Source: Raillietiella orientalis (taxonomy: Eukaryota). Taken from it: DNA of 64,000 nucleotides. Made by a program: the position numbers and the translations under genes. How positions within the stretch are numbered: position 1 is the stretch's first letter; every line of letters starts with the position of its first letter. The notes beneath the pieces are model-generated. The model made no database searches. It was given only the letters and a program-made list of their open reading frames with translations, and was not told where the DNA came from. The stretch spans positions 4,588,001 to 4,652,000 of the forward strand of contig JAYWIR010000003.1 of NCBI GenBank assembly GCA_036172245.1, written 5' to 3'. Below are positions 48,341 to 61,076 of this stretch, one piece after another.

Positions 48341-51300
48341 CTAGTTGAACCTTTACACAAGCGGAGGCATAGTGAGGAATACTTTACAAGGCACGTTAGC
48401 CCGCTACATGCCATTTTTGTTCTCCGTGCACGCCATTTTGAAAGAAGAGCTGGAACGAGAGTACGTCTCCCTTCTTTGTCACTAATATTTCAGTTGGGTG
48501 CGGCTGCATCTTCTTAGGATTTCAGGGAAGAGGTCATAACAATATCACAGGTCAAGGAAGCACTTCTGCCACTCCAAAAGTGCTTCCTTCTTCCCAACAA
48601 GTTGCTTTTCTACCGAGATGCTTTCAAATGCCGTACCTCTTGGCATCATATGAAGTTTCTACCGAGTTCGATGTGCACACACCAATGGTTCGAGTTTTGA
48701 TTTAAACATCCTTTCGTCTCCAGCTCCATACTTCCTCCATTTATAAGGTTCTTCGGTAAACTTCAGTAAACTCTCATCAATTCAATGGTTATATTGCATA
48801 ATAAAGAGTTGTAGAGCTGCAGAGTTTCTGAGCTTCTGGACGCTAATGCTTTCTTCGTTTTTGTTTGTTTGTCACTTTTTCCATTTTTTTTATTGTCCAA
48901 AACAAGAGGAAAAAAGAAAAATAGATATTCGATACGCTAATTGTCTACTCCCTTGTTTGGAAAGGTGACCATATAGTATTTTGACTTCGGATTTTATGAT
49001 TACTTTCGAGAATTCTTGTCCAAGAATACACCCTTCGAGTGGGCATGAGGGGTATTCATTACCCGTGCATCTTTGTGGATCATACTGATTCATTGAATAC
49101 CAAACGATCCTTCTCGCAGGCTGAGCGCGACGATCAGATCTTCGTGAGCGCGAATTTCTTTATTGCCGGCTAGCAATAGAGAAACACAGTGAATGCTTAC
49201 AGCCTTATTCTGCTTCTCACATCTTCGCCATCGCTCTCTGAATCAGCTATTCACATTCCCTGCGAAGCAGGAGCCCTGAAGTTACTTCATATATTCATTC
49301 CTAGCTTACTCTAAGTGTGGGCAAAAGCAGGGAAAAGTAAGGTGTTCATTTGACCGTTAAAAAAGAGCATCACACATAAACATCCCCAAATGCTCAAGGA
49401 GAAGAAGAGTCTTTTCTGTTTCGCAAGATGAGAAAGGGCAATTAGAAATTGAAAATGCTCTCTTTTCCCTGCATGGACTTTCCCTTAATACAGCACTTTA
49501 ATTGTTGCCTATATGGTGTATGATGCCTTGGCAGGCCTGACCATTTCGAGGAGTCATTTCGAAGAATGTACTACTGACGGTGCACTACGGTTACGCATTT
49601 AGCATGCACAAAAAAGTGCAATCCAGTTGCTGAATTCGTACCAAGTGTCTAAAGAAACTAACGAAGGGATGAAACAAGGACCCTTTCCTAGATCTTCGCT
49701 ACTCCCACTGAGACTGTAATCTGCAAATTCACATGCACAAGTCGATAATAACTCATAAAGACGCAAAAGATGACATGGTATGCAGGGGAGAGAAAAAGAG
49801 GATGAAAAGCATGATATTCTAAAGATCATGGATGAGCTGAAATGTTGACGGTTGGTGAGAAGTACAAACAGGACAGCGATAACGGAGAAACCTAGAGACA
49901 AAGTTCTTGAGGCCACACTTGAGCACAAAAAAGATACAGGGAAAAGATCAGGGACTTCCAGCAATTTTAGTGCCGGCTGGAACATTCACGTACTTAAGAA
50001 TAAAGACACAGCAAGCCATTACTCATCTTTACATTTCTCAAGAACTAGGCTAGAATCGCTGGCATAGGTTTGCCACCTCCAATGCCACGCTCGGCCTGCT
50101 CCGACTTCATTTAATGTGATCTCAATGTATGCCATCGAGTGCCTTTTTCTCCTTTCTACAGAAAAGTGGATAAAGGAAGGGCAGCAGCAGCTAACCGCTA
50201 AGCTGAACTTCATTTCTTAAGCAGTTAAAACTTGTTGCTGACTCACAATACGCGAGAAGACGTGAATTATAAGACTGATGAGAAATCCTAATTATACCAA
50301 GCAAAAAATCCATCTACAAACATAGTGTATTACTAAGGAAACCCCTAGCTGAAAAAAAAATAAGATAGTAAATGAACTAATTTTGCTCTGGTGGGAAAAG
50401 TGGAAAACCAGTTATAACTGGTTACAAAAAGGGTAAGCACTCCTCCATCATTTACGGTTTTGCATTCGGTAAAGCAGCTTAAGAAAATGAGCTAAAATAG
50501 AATTAGGACCATCTGTACGAATTCGTGTATCTTCTTCCCTCTGTGTACATTCTTTTACTCCGATCCCTTCACCAAACAGAGAAATCGATTATAGACCATA
50601 AATTACTTTCGATTTTACGATATTCGATGCAATTCAATCATTTGAATGTGAGAAGCCAGAGGATTTTTCAGTATTCCCAGTATTTAACCTGACTTAGTCA
50701 TTCTAGGATTCTAAATAAAAAGAAAAAATGAATGAGAACTGTCTATTACCATGCTCCACAAATGGAAGCAGGAATGCAAATCCTTAAAGAGCACTCTAAC
50801 ACTCCATTTTTATTCTTGAAATCAGATTTCCTGATAACTCTTGTATGCAAAGATATAAAAGCACCATGGCACCCAAAAAAGTATTCTTGTTCAATAGCAG
50901 AATATAAAAGTTAAGGTTAGGGAGCCTTCTAAAAAAGTACTAAGCTATTGCACATTGGAAGTATAACAGCTGAATAATCATAGGGAGGTTATGTAAGTTT
51001 GAAATTTTCTCATAATGCTTTGTATGAATCTTTAGGAATCTATTAAAGGCTGTTGGAGGCTTTGAGTACACATTGATTAGCATTTTTGGTCTCAAGCAAA
51101 GCATTTTAAAGATCGAGGGGAAAAATCACTAAAAAAAAAAAAGAAAAAAAAGGGAGTATTTATTTGACCAGGAAAACGTTCAAGAGCCTGAAATAAAGGT
51201 TTCAAACTTGTTTGAAACCAAAAAAAAAGATAACTTATATTCGTTAACCATGCTAGAAATTATTTATGAAGCAAAAATTTAGAAACGAATATGAAGGAAA

Positions 51301-51598
51301 GAGGAAAGCACTTACAATTCTGTGGGTGATCACAGAAAAAATACGCGTTTGTGTACGGTGATTCACCAAACCACGAATAGATATGAAATCATTTCCGAGT
51401 TTTCCGTTGCCTACGGATGTCGCACAAAGAATGAATGGACGAAATTTGTTAAAATACTCTAAGCAAAGCTGCCCCTGGATTTAACCACTTTACTACTGTA
51501 TGCATACCTCGACCCCTTTCAGCTTTAGATACGACCTGGAAAGGAAGTGAAATCCAAATTTCCTCCCGCCCACCTTGATGGAAATTCATACTTTTCAG

Positions 51599-52213
51599 AT
51601 GGAGAGGCTGCAGACTATTCACGAACTGAGGAATCAAGTGAATCTCTTGTCAGACTCTGACAACGACACGGATGGACTACCCTTGGGGCAAACAAAGTAC
51701 AAAAGCTATGGCAACTGGGAAAACAGGGACCTGGCTTCAGAAACCACACAAAACGAGAAATGCAATGTAGGAAAGCTAACACAACTCGTTCACGAGAGCA
51801 TGAAGACAAAAGAACAGAACGAAAGGGAGAAGCAGCAGTTGGCATGCAAAGTCCAGGAGTTCCGCAAACTCCTTGATAAAGCTAGAGCCAACTGCTACAA
51901 GCTGGAGAAGAACTTGGAGACCATCCAGGCAGCATTTCGCCACAAAGAAAGGGAGGTGGAACGCTTGAATGAAAAATGCGCGTTCTATGAAGATTTATAC
52001 AGAAAGAAGCACTGTGAATCGAAACTGTTGACGAACGAGTTGTTCAGGACCAGGGAGAAGTCCCAAAATCTCGAGAAGGAAGTCAAGGAGGCGAACGAAG
52101 ACTTGTGCGCGTTCCAAGATCACGTAGCCAACTTAAGCAAAGATATGGAATGCCGCCTGAAAGGCTCGAGAATTCCCGATTCGTACAAAGGAGTGCCGAG
52201 TCATAAGGAATAA
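51599..52213 (+). CDS. Uncharacterised coiled-coil protein (204-codon open exon)
   Basis: Long stop-free ORF rich in E/K/L with heptad character (KEQNEREKQQLACKVQEFRKLLDK...KEREVERLNEK...KSQNLEKEVKEANEDL). The ATG follows an acceptor-like cttttcag. No family recognised. Confidence 0.55.
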   Translation: MERLQTIHELRNQVNLLSDSDNDTDGLPLGQTKYKSYGNWENRDLASETTQNEKCNVGKLTQLVHESMKTKEQNEREKQQLACKVQEFRKLLDKARANCYKLEKNLETIQAAFRHKEREVERLNEKCAFYEDLYRKKHCESKLLTNELFRTREKSQNLEKEVKEANEDLCAFQDHVANLSKDMECRLKGSRIPDSYKGVPSHKE

Positions 52214-52553
52214 AAGAGTACCACCAGTCACAGTTAATCTACACGTCCCGATCAGTATTTATACAAAACAGGAGAGTTTCAAATGTACTCATAGCAGCCG
52301 AGTCGCCGTGCAACACCGAGTTAAGCCACTCACCAGCCGAAAACATAAAAGGGGCGTACAGAACGAAACCTCTCACAAAAATCCTCTGTACATTTCCCCT
52401 TACCTAGTGCTCTCTGCATTTTCGCAAAGGTGGAAATGGGCTTAATTGCTTTCATCTACATGCTTTCCACAGTTCAACTGATTTTCATCTATAATTAATA
52501 ACTGCTGAGATCCGAGTCCCCGACGTAACCACTGCCATCCTTTCTCTGCATTC

Positions 52554-52748
52554 AGGAACCTTTCAGATTTATTTCAAATTTCTCGCCTAAGCACTTACCA
52601 CTCATGTACAAAATTCTCTAAATTCCCTAAATCTGAAATTCACTGCCACCGCCAAATTTTGATTAGGCCGGTTCTAACGATGTCGTGACCGGATACGTGC
52701 ACTGCCAAGATGACCTACGCAGTGCTATGCCAGAAACCTCACAACTGA
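52554..52748 (+). repeat. Dispersed ~190-bp repeat, copy A (intergenic, CpG-retaining)
   Basis: Shares aattctctaaattccctaaat, ccaaattttgattaggc, ccaagatga and tatgccagaaa in the same order with 54673-54858. Confidence 0.9.
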
Positions 52749-53823
52749 CTCATCTGACTCTGGCATCCCACGAAACAAAAGGATGGGGCGGCCCCGCTCC
52801 GCAGCCACCGCATCCGCAACCCCGCATTGTTCTCGTGCTGTCAACGTGGGCATTTTCCACGGTGGCAAATTAAAAGATTCAGACCCTCAGCCGTCGGGAA
52901 GTCAGGGCGGCTTTGATGGGAATTCATACTTGCCTCATACCTGGCATTTAAAAAGCTTTATCTGACGTTTCTTACCGTATCCTCCTTTTGAAACACCGAG
53001 CGTCGCCTCAGTTTGAACTAATAATGCTAAGATACATGTTGAATCCCAAGGTAATGTGCCAGTAACCACGTTACGGGAAAAGTTGGGATTTTTTTCCAAT
53101 CATTATTGAATTTTCTTATTTTGTAAACTCAACTGACGGCTTCTCGTAATGGATGGGTCCTGCTTAATTATCTTGGAGTGGCTCTTGAGCTTTTTCACAC
53201 ACTGCCTGATGCCAATAAACTTTACACATCCGAAATGAATACTACGCATGCATTAAGGAGGATTTATGTTGAATCTTGCAAAGTCTGCTTACCAAGGTGG
53301 GCATACTGTTAAGGCCATATTTAATGAAAATTCTTTCAAATGTGCAAGCTAATCTGGCATAACCCAATCTCATGACTATATTAACTTTAATAGATAGAAA
53401 ATCTAATTTCCGATTTTAAATACTTTCAAAGAATTTACTTATTGTGAATAACGAAAATATTTGCTTTCATCCATGCTGAATGACAACTTGATTTGCAAAC
53501 ATACACTGAATGGATCTACAAAACAGACCCAATTTGCAGCTTCCCTACATAAATGGCAAATCAATCTTAGAATCTTTACATCATTCTATTTCTAAGGGAC
53601 CTGAAAATCAGGAGGAAATACAGCACAGGCCTTTTTCTTCTGAAACAGATCCTAAGAATCCACTGTGAAAGATGAGCAGCACAGCTCATTTTTCAGCTAT
53701 GGAGGAATCCCCCCTCCCACATCAACACACTCAAGCAAAACTCCGGATTATGAACACTCCCAGCCTTGGGAATTGTAATCAGTCTTGGCTTTGATGAACA
53801 GCAAATTGAATAAATGCGATAAT

Positions 53824-54527
53824 TCAGTTTTCTTGTCCATCTTCATCTTTCTCTTTTTGGGCTGCATCAAAAACTCAGCAACATATACTAATAAGATAAT
53901 TCCTTGCCTGCAATAACTCCAATTTCATCTTTACTAGGCTCATCGAAATTGGCCACCAATCGAGGCACTCCTTCTTCATCCTCTTCTCCACCAACTTCTT
54001 CACCACCACCAGGTCTAAGGGGGCCAGATGTCCCCTTGTTCAAGCCCTTAGGATTTGAAGCTACTGAAGCTAACTTCTTTAGCTGACTCAGACCATCTGT
54101 GCCAAAATTTCCGAGCTGACTCAAAATTCCAGGAAGCATTTCAGTAATTTCTGTCATAGTTAACCTAATAACAAATCCATTTATCAGTCCAGCTTACGTT
54201 TGCTTTCAGCATGACCAGTAATGGCAAACGTGTTTGCAGTCAAAGATGCCTGCACCTTGGGATTATTGAAATGGATCACAGCACCATCTTCCTTAATCAT
54301 GTTGACCTGAGTGAGATTAACTTTGAATTGAAAACCAAGAATTTTGTTCATTTACAGACCTCTTCAATGCCAGGAATTGTATTCACTGAAAGTTTCTTCA
54401 GTGAACTTTGTAGTTTCTTATCATCAGTAGTTGCTGTTCGGTGGATGACTTTTTTCTTTCTCCGAGCTGTGCCTTTTCCACCAATACGCACCTGTTCTTG
54501 CAACTTGTTCAGCTTTTCTTTATTCAT
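53824..54527 (-). CDS. BTF3: BTF3 / nascent polypeptide-associated complex beta; introns 54307-54359, 54151-54197 and a probable GC-AG intron 53862-53907 (otherwise stop at 53888)
   Basis: [106 protein letters not shown]...[16 protein letters not shown]. Confidence 0.96.
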
Positions 54528-54672
54528 GACAAGAACTAAAAATATATCTATGAAATCTATATCGCAAAGATGCATATAATGCATTCATCCTAATTATACA
54601 ACATATGATAAGCTATATAATAATGCTCTTTTATTATCCAAATACTTCTCATGGCATACAAATCATATACAA

Positions 54673-54858
54673 TGAACACTCCAGAATTTCAAATTTGATG
54701 CCTAGATATTTACTCTACGTACAGAATTCTCTAAATTCCCTAAATATAAAATTCACCGACACCAAATTTTGATTAGGCTAGTTCTAATGATATCATGACT
54801 AAATATGTGCACAACCAAGATGATGCATGCAGTGATATGCCAGAAATATCAAAACTGA
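54673..54858 (+). repeat. Dispersed ~190-bp repeat, copy B (probable BTF3 5' intron, CpG-decayed)
   Basis: Colinear with 52554-52748. Lies upstream of the acceptor (54536) that precedes the BTF3 ATG. Confidence 0.9.
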
Positions 54859-57800
54859 ATACCTAAAGTTTAGGTTTCCAAATACACCTTTACAGCTCAA
54901 CACTAACAATTTTTACATCGGGAAGCATCTACTTTAAAACCAAAGGCAAACGACACAAGTGCTTTGCAAATCCTTGGTGTGATACCCACAACTAATTTTG
55001 TCACTTTAATGACCACGCAATACCAAAAGTAAAGTATATTATATATGTTGAACTATGATCAACTGTGTATTATTTTCGATTCTGGCAAATTCCCGATGCA
55101 CGATCTGTCATCCTCAACCAGAAAGAATAACGGAATAATGGTACATGTGCAAAGCAAATATGGAAACATCTTAGAACTCACAAGACTTAGGTCTCTGGTT
55201 ATGAACAAAAGCTGGCTACTAAATAAAAACCTAAGCGACTTGACATATTTTAACTAATATTAATAAAATATATAATCTTGGCGAAGACAGTGCTGAAATT
55301 AATCTCCGATATGAAACTTCCACTTGCATGAGCGATAAAAATCCCATCCACCAATTCAAAAAAATACTTCAATTTTTTTGAGCCGCAGTAAAATAGCAGA
55401 AAACATGTGCATCAATTTACATCAGCATTTAAAAATAAAAACAAATCATCACATACCTGAAACCTAAAAAATTTTGCGGCACTTTGTTATGGAAAATATT
55501 TCTTAATATCCCATTTTTTAAGCTAAAATAGTAAACATTACGGAGAAAATATAAACAGCTAATCCTTACGTACACCACTACAGACTTTTATCTTTTGATA
55601 ATCAACACTCAAGAGCACTCAAACAATAGTACATGATCCGCACAAAATGTAACCATTTAAAATTTCACTGAATTTTCGCCACGACACAGGATGCAAATTA
55701 AAATTGAGGAACTTATTCCTGCTACAATTAACATCATAATAATCTTAAAACGAATCGAAAACGGAAAACGACAAATCTGCTGTGTCCAATAATGAAATAA
55801 TAGTTTTGCATTCCAACTCGCATACTACAACTCCAGCAGTTCCTTACATAACAGCGTGATCTTCACTTTTGCTCTCTTGATGGGGTTGCCAAATAAAAGG
55901 CAGCAAATGCATCATTTACTATGGTCTTTGTGTTCATGCCATTTACTATAAAAGAAACAGAAATGTATTCATGAACTCATGCTATCATTTTAACTGCAAT
56001 ACAAGAATTTCTGATATTTTAGGAAACTGTTGCTATGTGTAGTTGGTTTCAATAGCTGAACTACATAACATATTTATATTTGCACTGCAGCAGAGTGGCG
56101 TACGTGACTAAAATCAAAGCATTTTATCGACTTATTGCAGCAATAATAAGATGTAGTTTGATTATCAAGAGCAGCTATTACTCTTCAAATATTCGATATA
56201 TAGATCGTAAAACACAACTGCTGATTACTTTCTGCTGCGACAGATGAAACAAAGATACTCTGAATTATCCCAATAGAGTCGTTAATAATGTAATGCATTT
56301 AAAAGAAACACTAGAAAATAAACGAAAATTGGCATTACATGATCTACAAAAAAAAAAATAATTTTTTCAATGTGGCTATTACGAATGCATTATTCAGAGT
56401 CTTCATAATGCAGACATGATGCTAACAATCTTCAAGACTATGTTGTGGGTTCGTGGAGTTCACGGCAGCTACAGCATTTAACGAGGATTTTTAATACTAC
56501 GTTTCCTGTATCACTCATAATCAGCACAGAAAACAGATTGCCTTTATTTCCATTTGTGAGTATTCGCTCTAAATACATTCTTATTAGGTGTTGGCATAAT
56601 ATCCTACATCCTTCTATGTAGCATATCACGCAAGTTTAACCAAAGTACAGATTAAAGACACTCTCTGCGTTCTGATTCCTACATCTACTACATCAACATT
56701 CCTCACATCTTTGCAGATTCTTTAGTACCCATACAACGTTACGTGAATCATTCAAGGCAGATCAACTAGGAAAAAAAAAAAACAGCCTAAGAGAAATCAT
56801 TGTAGTTGACGATGTATAACACCCGCGGATAAGCGACTAGTCTTTAGTCCACGAAAAACAAGATCATATTAATCCACACTGTATCGTCAAATAAGACAGA
56901 CAGCCTTAGCTCACAAATCATGCCAATTATTTTGCCTCCTTGTGCTGATTTTTCTATTGCTTCGTTGCAATTTTAAAGAAAACCTTTTTTTTTTAACTCG
57001 AAATTCTGTTTATTCATTAATTTCAATTATTCTTCCTCATCGTGAAGTCTCTCTCATCCTTTTCCATAGGAGATAGAAGTTGGAATAAGATTCGTGTCTC
57101 CATATCTGAAGTGCAACTGATTGAATACACTCAATCCTTCTCATAGATGGCGAGCACGTAATGAGGAAAACTAAAATTCTGTGAGACCTATACGCATCAA
57201 GCAATGTGATGATGCTGCAAACAAAATTCAGAAATTTCTCATCATGTATCACAAAAGAGGCTTCAAAACCTCATCGGAAAATGTTCAGCTAAGGTGTATC
57301 TGTACACAACCCCTTCAAGTACCTATTTGTACATTATTAGAAAGCGAGTTGCAAATCATTGCATCTCAGACACCTTAGCCCTCAAAGATAAACTCATGTG
57401 CCGTCCAAAAACCATATACAAGTAGGTGTGAGGCTAACGTTGGTCAAAGTAAGCAAAGTACGAGCAAGACTAAAAAAAAAAAGGGCAGCCTTTGGAAATA
57501 TACTCACAAACTTCCAAAAGGGGATGCAAGTTTTGCATCATAACATTTGCGAATTTTCAGAAGAACTGAGGTTGGTAGCACCCTAACAAATGTATAGTCA
57601 GATGTTTTTCCTTTGTTATTCTTTTTATTGGTCATGAGATACTTTTGTCATTTCTACATGTGTGTCTGGGGTAATTCACCGTATCATCCACCCCAAAACC
57701 AATTTCATCAATTCTAAAACGAACTCCTACTAAATGAAGCTAGTGGAGGAGTTACAATTTCTATTTATTCTCAGGGAATGGAATGATTTTCCTTTTGAGT

Positions 57801-60800
57801 TATTTTTTAATTTTTTCTTGGAAAAAATTTCACTGCATTCACATTAAAGCAAGTTACTGGACCAGCACAATGTATCCATCTTTTGAATAGTGTTTTGTAT
57901 CCTAAGAGAACTGATAGGCAGCCAATAAGGTTTCCTTGTTTCCAGCACAAGGAATTTTTAAGAATTCTTTGAAAAATGTGAGCTCTTTCCTTAAAGAGAT
58001 TTCGGGATTGCTAGGAACATTCACTGAAAGCAGAAATGGAAAGTCTCAGAGCAGCGTGTGTATTTCAAGAAAATATGGAGACTTCCTGAGAAGAAATGTG
58101 GAGATTTCAATTGAACGAACAACTTATTCGCAGGAAGTAAGAAGAAATGGTTTAAAAAGGTGAAACAAACCTTAGAATCATAATTACCACCTTCCTCATC
58201 ATAAGCGTCGACAAATATCTGCAGATGGGTTTTCAATCTGTTTCGGCCCCAATAAAAGAAATCTGCTATCAAGTTCTCGAAAAAGATGACAAACGTCGTA
58301 TATAGTTATTATGTATTGAGGGAACTTTTCCAAAAAGGAAGGGAGCGATATTTTCTGTTATAAAAGAGCGTAAAGCTACACAAATACTTAAACTGCATGT
58401 TAAAAAAACATCAAAAGTAAGCAAATTCAGATGAGAGAACAAAGAAAAGAGAAATCCTCTAAAGAGGAAGCTCCGCGTTACTTAATTTCCAAGAATGGAA
58501 TTAAGAGAATGTGAATCATAACCAATAGGAACGGCACAAAAATGCTAACCAGGAAAAAAATCACCTCGGATCATCAGAGAACCTACAACTCATGCATTAC
58601 CTAATTATTCAATAGTGCTGTCAAGTTCTGTCAATGGAACATTCGATGCTAAATTATGCAAAAACAAATCTCTTCTCATTTCAATTACTCAGTTGATGAT
58701 TTCCCCAAAATGCAGTTGTATACGCCCACTGATTGAGGAGCAAATTTACTTTTAAAATTAAACTTACAATAGAAATTCCTATATATTGGAAGGACATTAA
58801 AGAATCACGTTACTCCTATTTCGAAAACTGTGGTGAACAAAAAATCTGGCAAGCATTTTCTAAAAAAATAAAAAGGAAAAATAAAAGGCTCGTTGGCAAC
58901 CCTTACATCCAATTGAAGTTCTCGGTTTCCCAGTTGGCTGGTTGAGAAAATTTCCATTGCAAATGCAAAAAATAAATTCCTGCACAACGGATAGCATTAG
59001 CAAGGCATGATTGATAAGATGCGTACTCCCAGTAGGAGTATTTTGAGATATTTACCTCGAATGTGAGAGGAGAATACATGAAAACCTGAAAACAGTTGTA
59101 AGCATTAATGGCAATGTCAGCAGTGTCCTATTTTACCTCTTTCCAAGTTTTGGAGACGAATTGAAAACTGTAAGCTCCGGCAGATTTTTATATAGTCGTG
59201 TACAAAGGAAGATACGAAAAGAGTTAGACTTTACTAATGAAGAGTTAATCACTGATACAAGATTTCTGAAATGATGTGACGACACGTGGTTTAAGATAAG
59301 AATTGTTAAATTGAAATGAGAGTACACGAGATGAAATAAGGGACCAGGAACATTACTGTCACCAAAAAAAATAAGGCAATACGTGATAAAACCAGATTTT
59401 TTAAATTTTCTTCCAAGTAATTAAGTCTCAATGTTTTAGAAAGTGATAGAAGAAGAGATTGCCAAAACCTTTCAGCTCGGGTATATGGTAATTCCCAATG
59501 TAATTCATGACAAGAAAGGATCACTCATAACTAAACATTAAATCTGAATGAAAACTAATGTAAATATGATACTCTGGGTTCTGAATTTCCTCAATCTCCT
59601 ATTTCTGTTGAAAGCACACTACGCTGATATCTAAGTATTAAGTGATTCCTTTTCAAATTGAGCTTGTCCAATGGAGTTGCAAATTTGTATATTAGAATTC
59701 CAATAGGTGCGGTTAGAAAAACCAAACTATTTGTTTAATTGTTAATATGTTTTGTGTTCGGACTGATAAATGAGCACTCATTTCTTGTTGGTAAAGTTGC
59801 GCTGGAATTTAATTCTTGTGTCCTCTCTGTAGCGCATGCTTGGCAATAATCAAGTACGTTCAATGAGAACACTCATGAGCAGCTCCATTGTCTTAATTGT
59901 TGACGCATAATGGAGAAAGATGAAAGAAGCATTCTGTAGAACTTTTGTTCAAGTTGTCCTGGTGGATTCTGTGACAGTTATAAAGCAAGAAAACATGACA
60001 GTCCTATTTTTGTGTTAAATAGGTCGTTCTTCTGGGAGGATTATTCCTCCAAAATATTCGTTCACAATTTAAAATCTCATTAAGGCTTTCTTCTGTACGA
60101 TCTCTGTAGATTACAATAAAGAATAAAATTTCACTTCAATTGACGGTTTCCAGTACAAGCTAAGTGATTGTCAACTTTTGAATAGGGGATTGAGCATGTG
60201 GCAAGAGAAGGCTCAATGTAATGCTCTTTGATCAAAAATAATTTTACAAACAAAAGAGAAGCCATAATCCTCAACGTAAGACAAGAAACAGTAGGATATA
60301 CTACATTGGAAAGATTGAAAAAAATAATACATTATAATTTCTCATGTAAATAAGATTAGGTCTGCATAATTTATAAGATCAGGTGACCGCCATTGCGCAA
60401 ATCTCAATACATAAGTAGCCTTTAAGTTTAATCAGATTGACTACTGGTGCCTTTTGCAGTATTGTATAATGAAATAAAGTAAAAAAGAAATGTCATTGAT
60501 AATACATCACCGAAAAGGAAAGGTACAAATGTAGAGATCACTCAGAATATTAGAATATCGAACAAAATTAGCAAAAGCTTATAGGATAAAATGTAAAATC
60601 TCTTGAGATCACATTCTCACCATTTATGATTCCATATTTTTTTATTAAAAACCTTGGGTGACAATCAGTACGATAAGTTGGAAACATTAGAATACAATAG
60701 GAATGCAACTTTTGAAATTAGCATGTGATGAATGTGAATTAAAATGTGAGGTTCCATTGAGTTTTAAGAAAATTGTTACCGTAACTTTGGTATTCCCCTA

Positions 60801-61076
60801 ATTAGATTTGCTATGTATTTGAGATTCATTGGTTTTAGAGCAGTTAAGGAGATTTATTTATGCTTTTCTTGACTTTTGAAAATATGAAATAGATCGTGAA
60901 ATAAAAATATTTATTTATTTTATTTTATTTTTTTACGGTATACCTTTCTTTCGATGAAATATTAGACATTAATTTCCTGCACACGGGGCAACCTTGAAGC
61001 GGAAGTATTCTATGTTGTTGTGTGGTAGTTGGTGTCGTATGGGAAACTATAATTTATAAAGTCGTGAGAGTACATA

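Noticed and set aside
48650..48800. IDESLLKF on the minus strand resembling a piggyBac catalytic motif
   Set aside because: Downstream GR and G.K motifs are absent; too weak.
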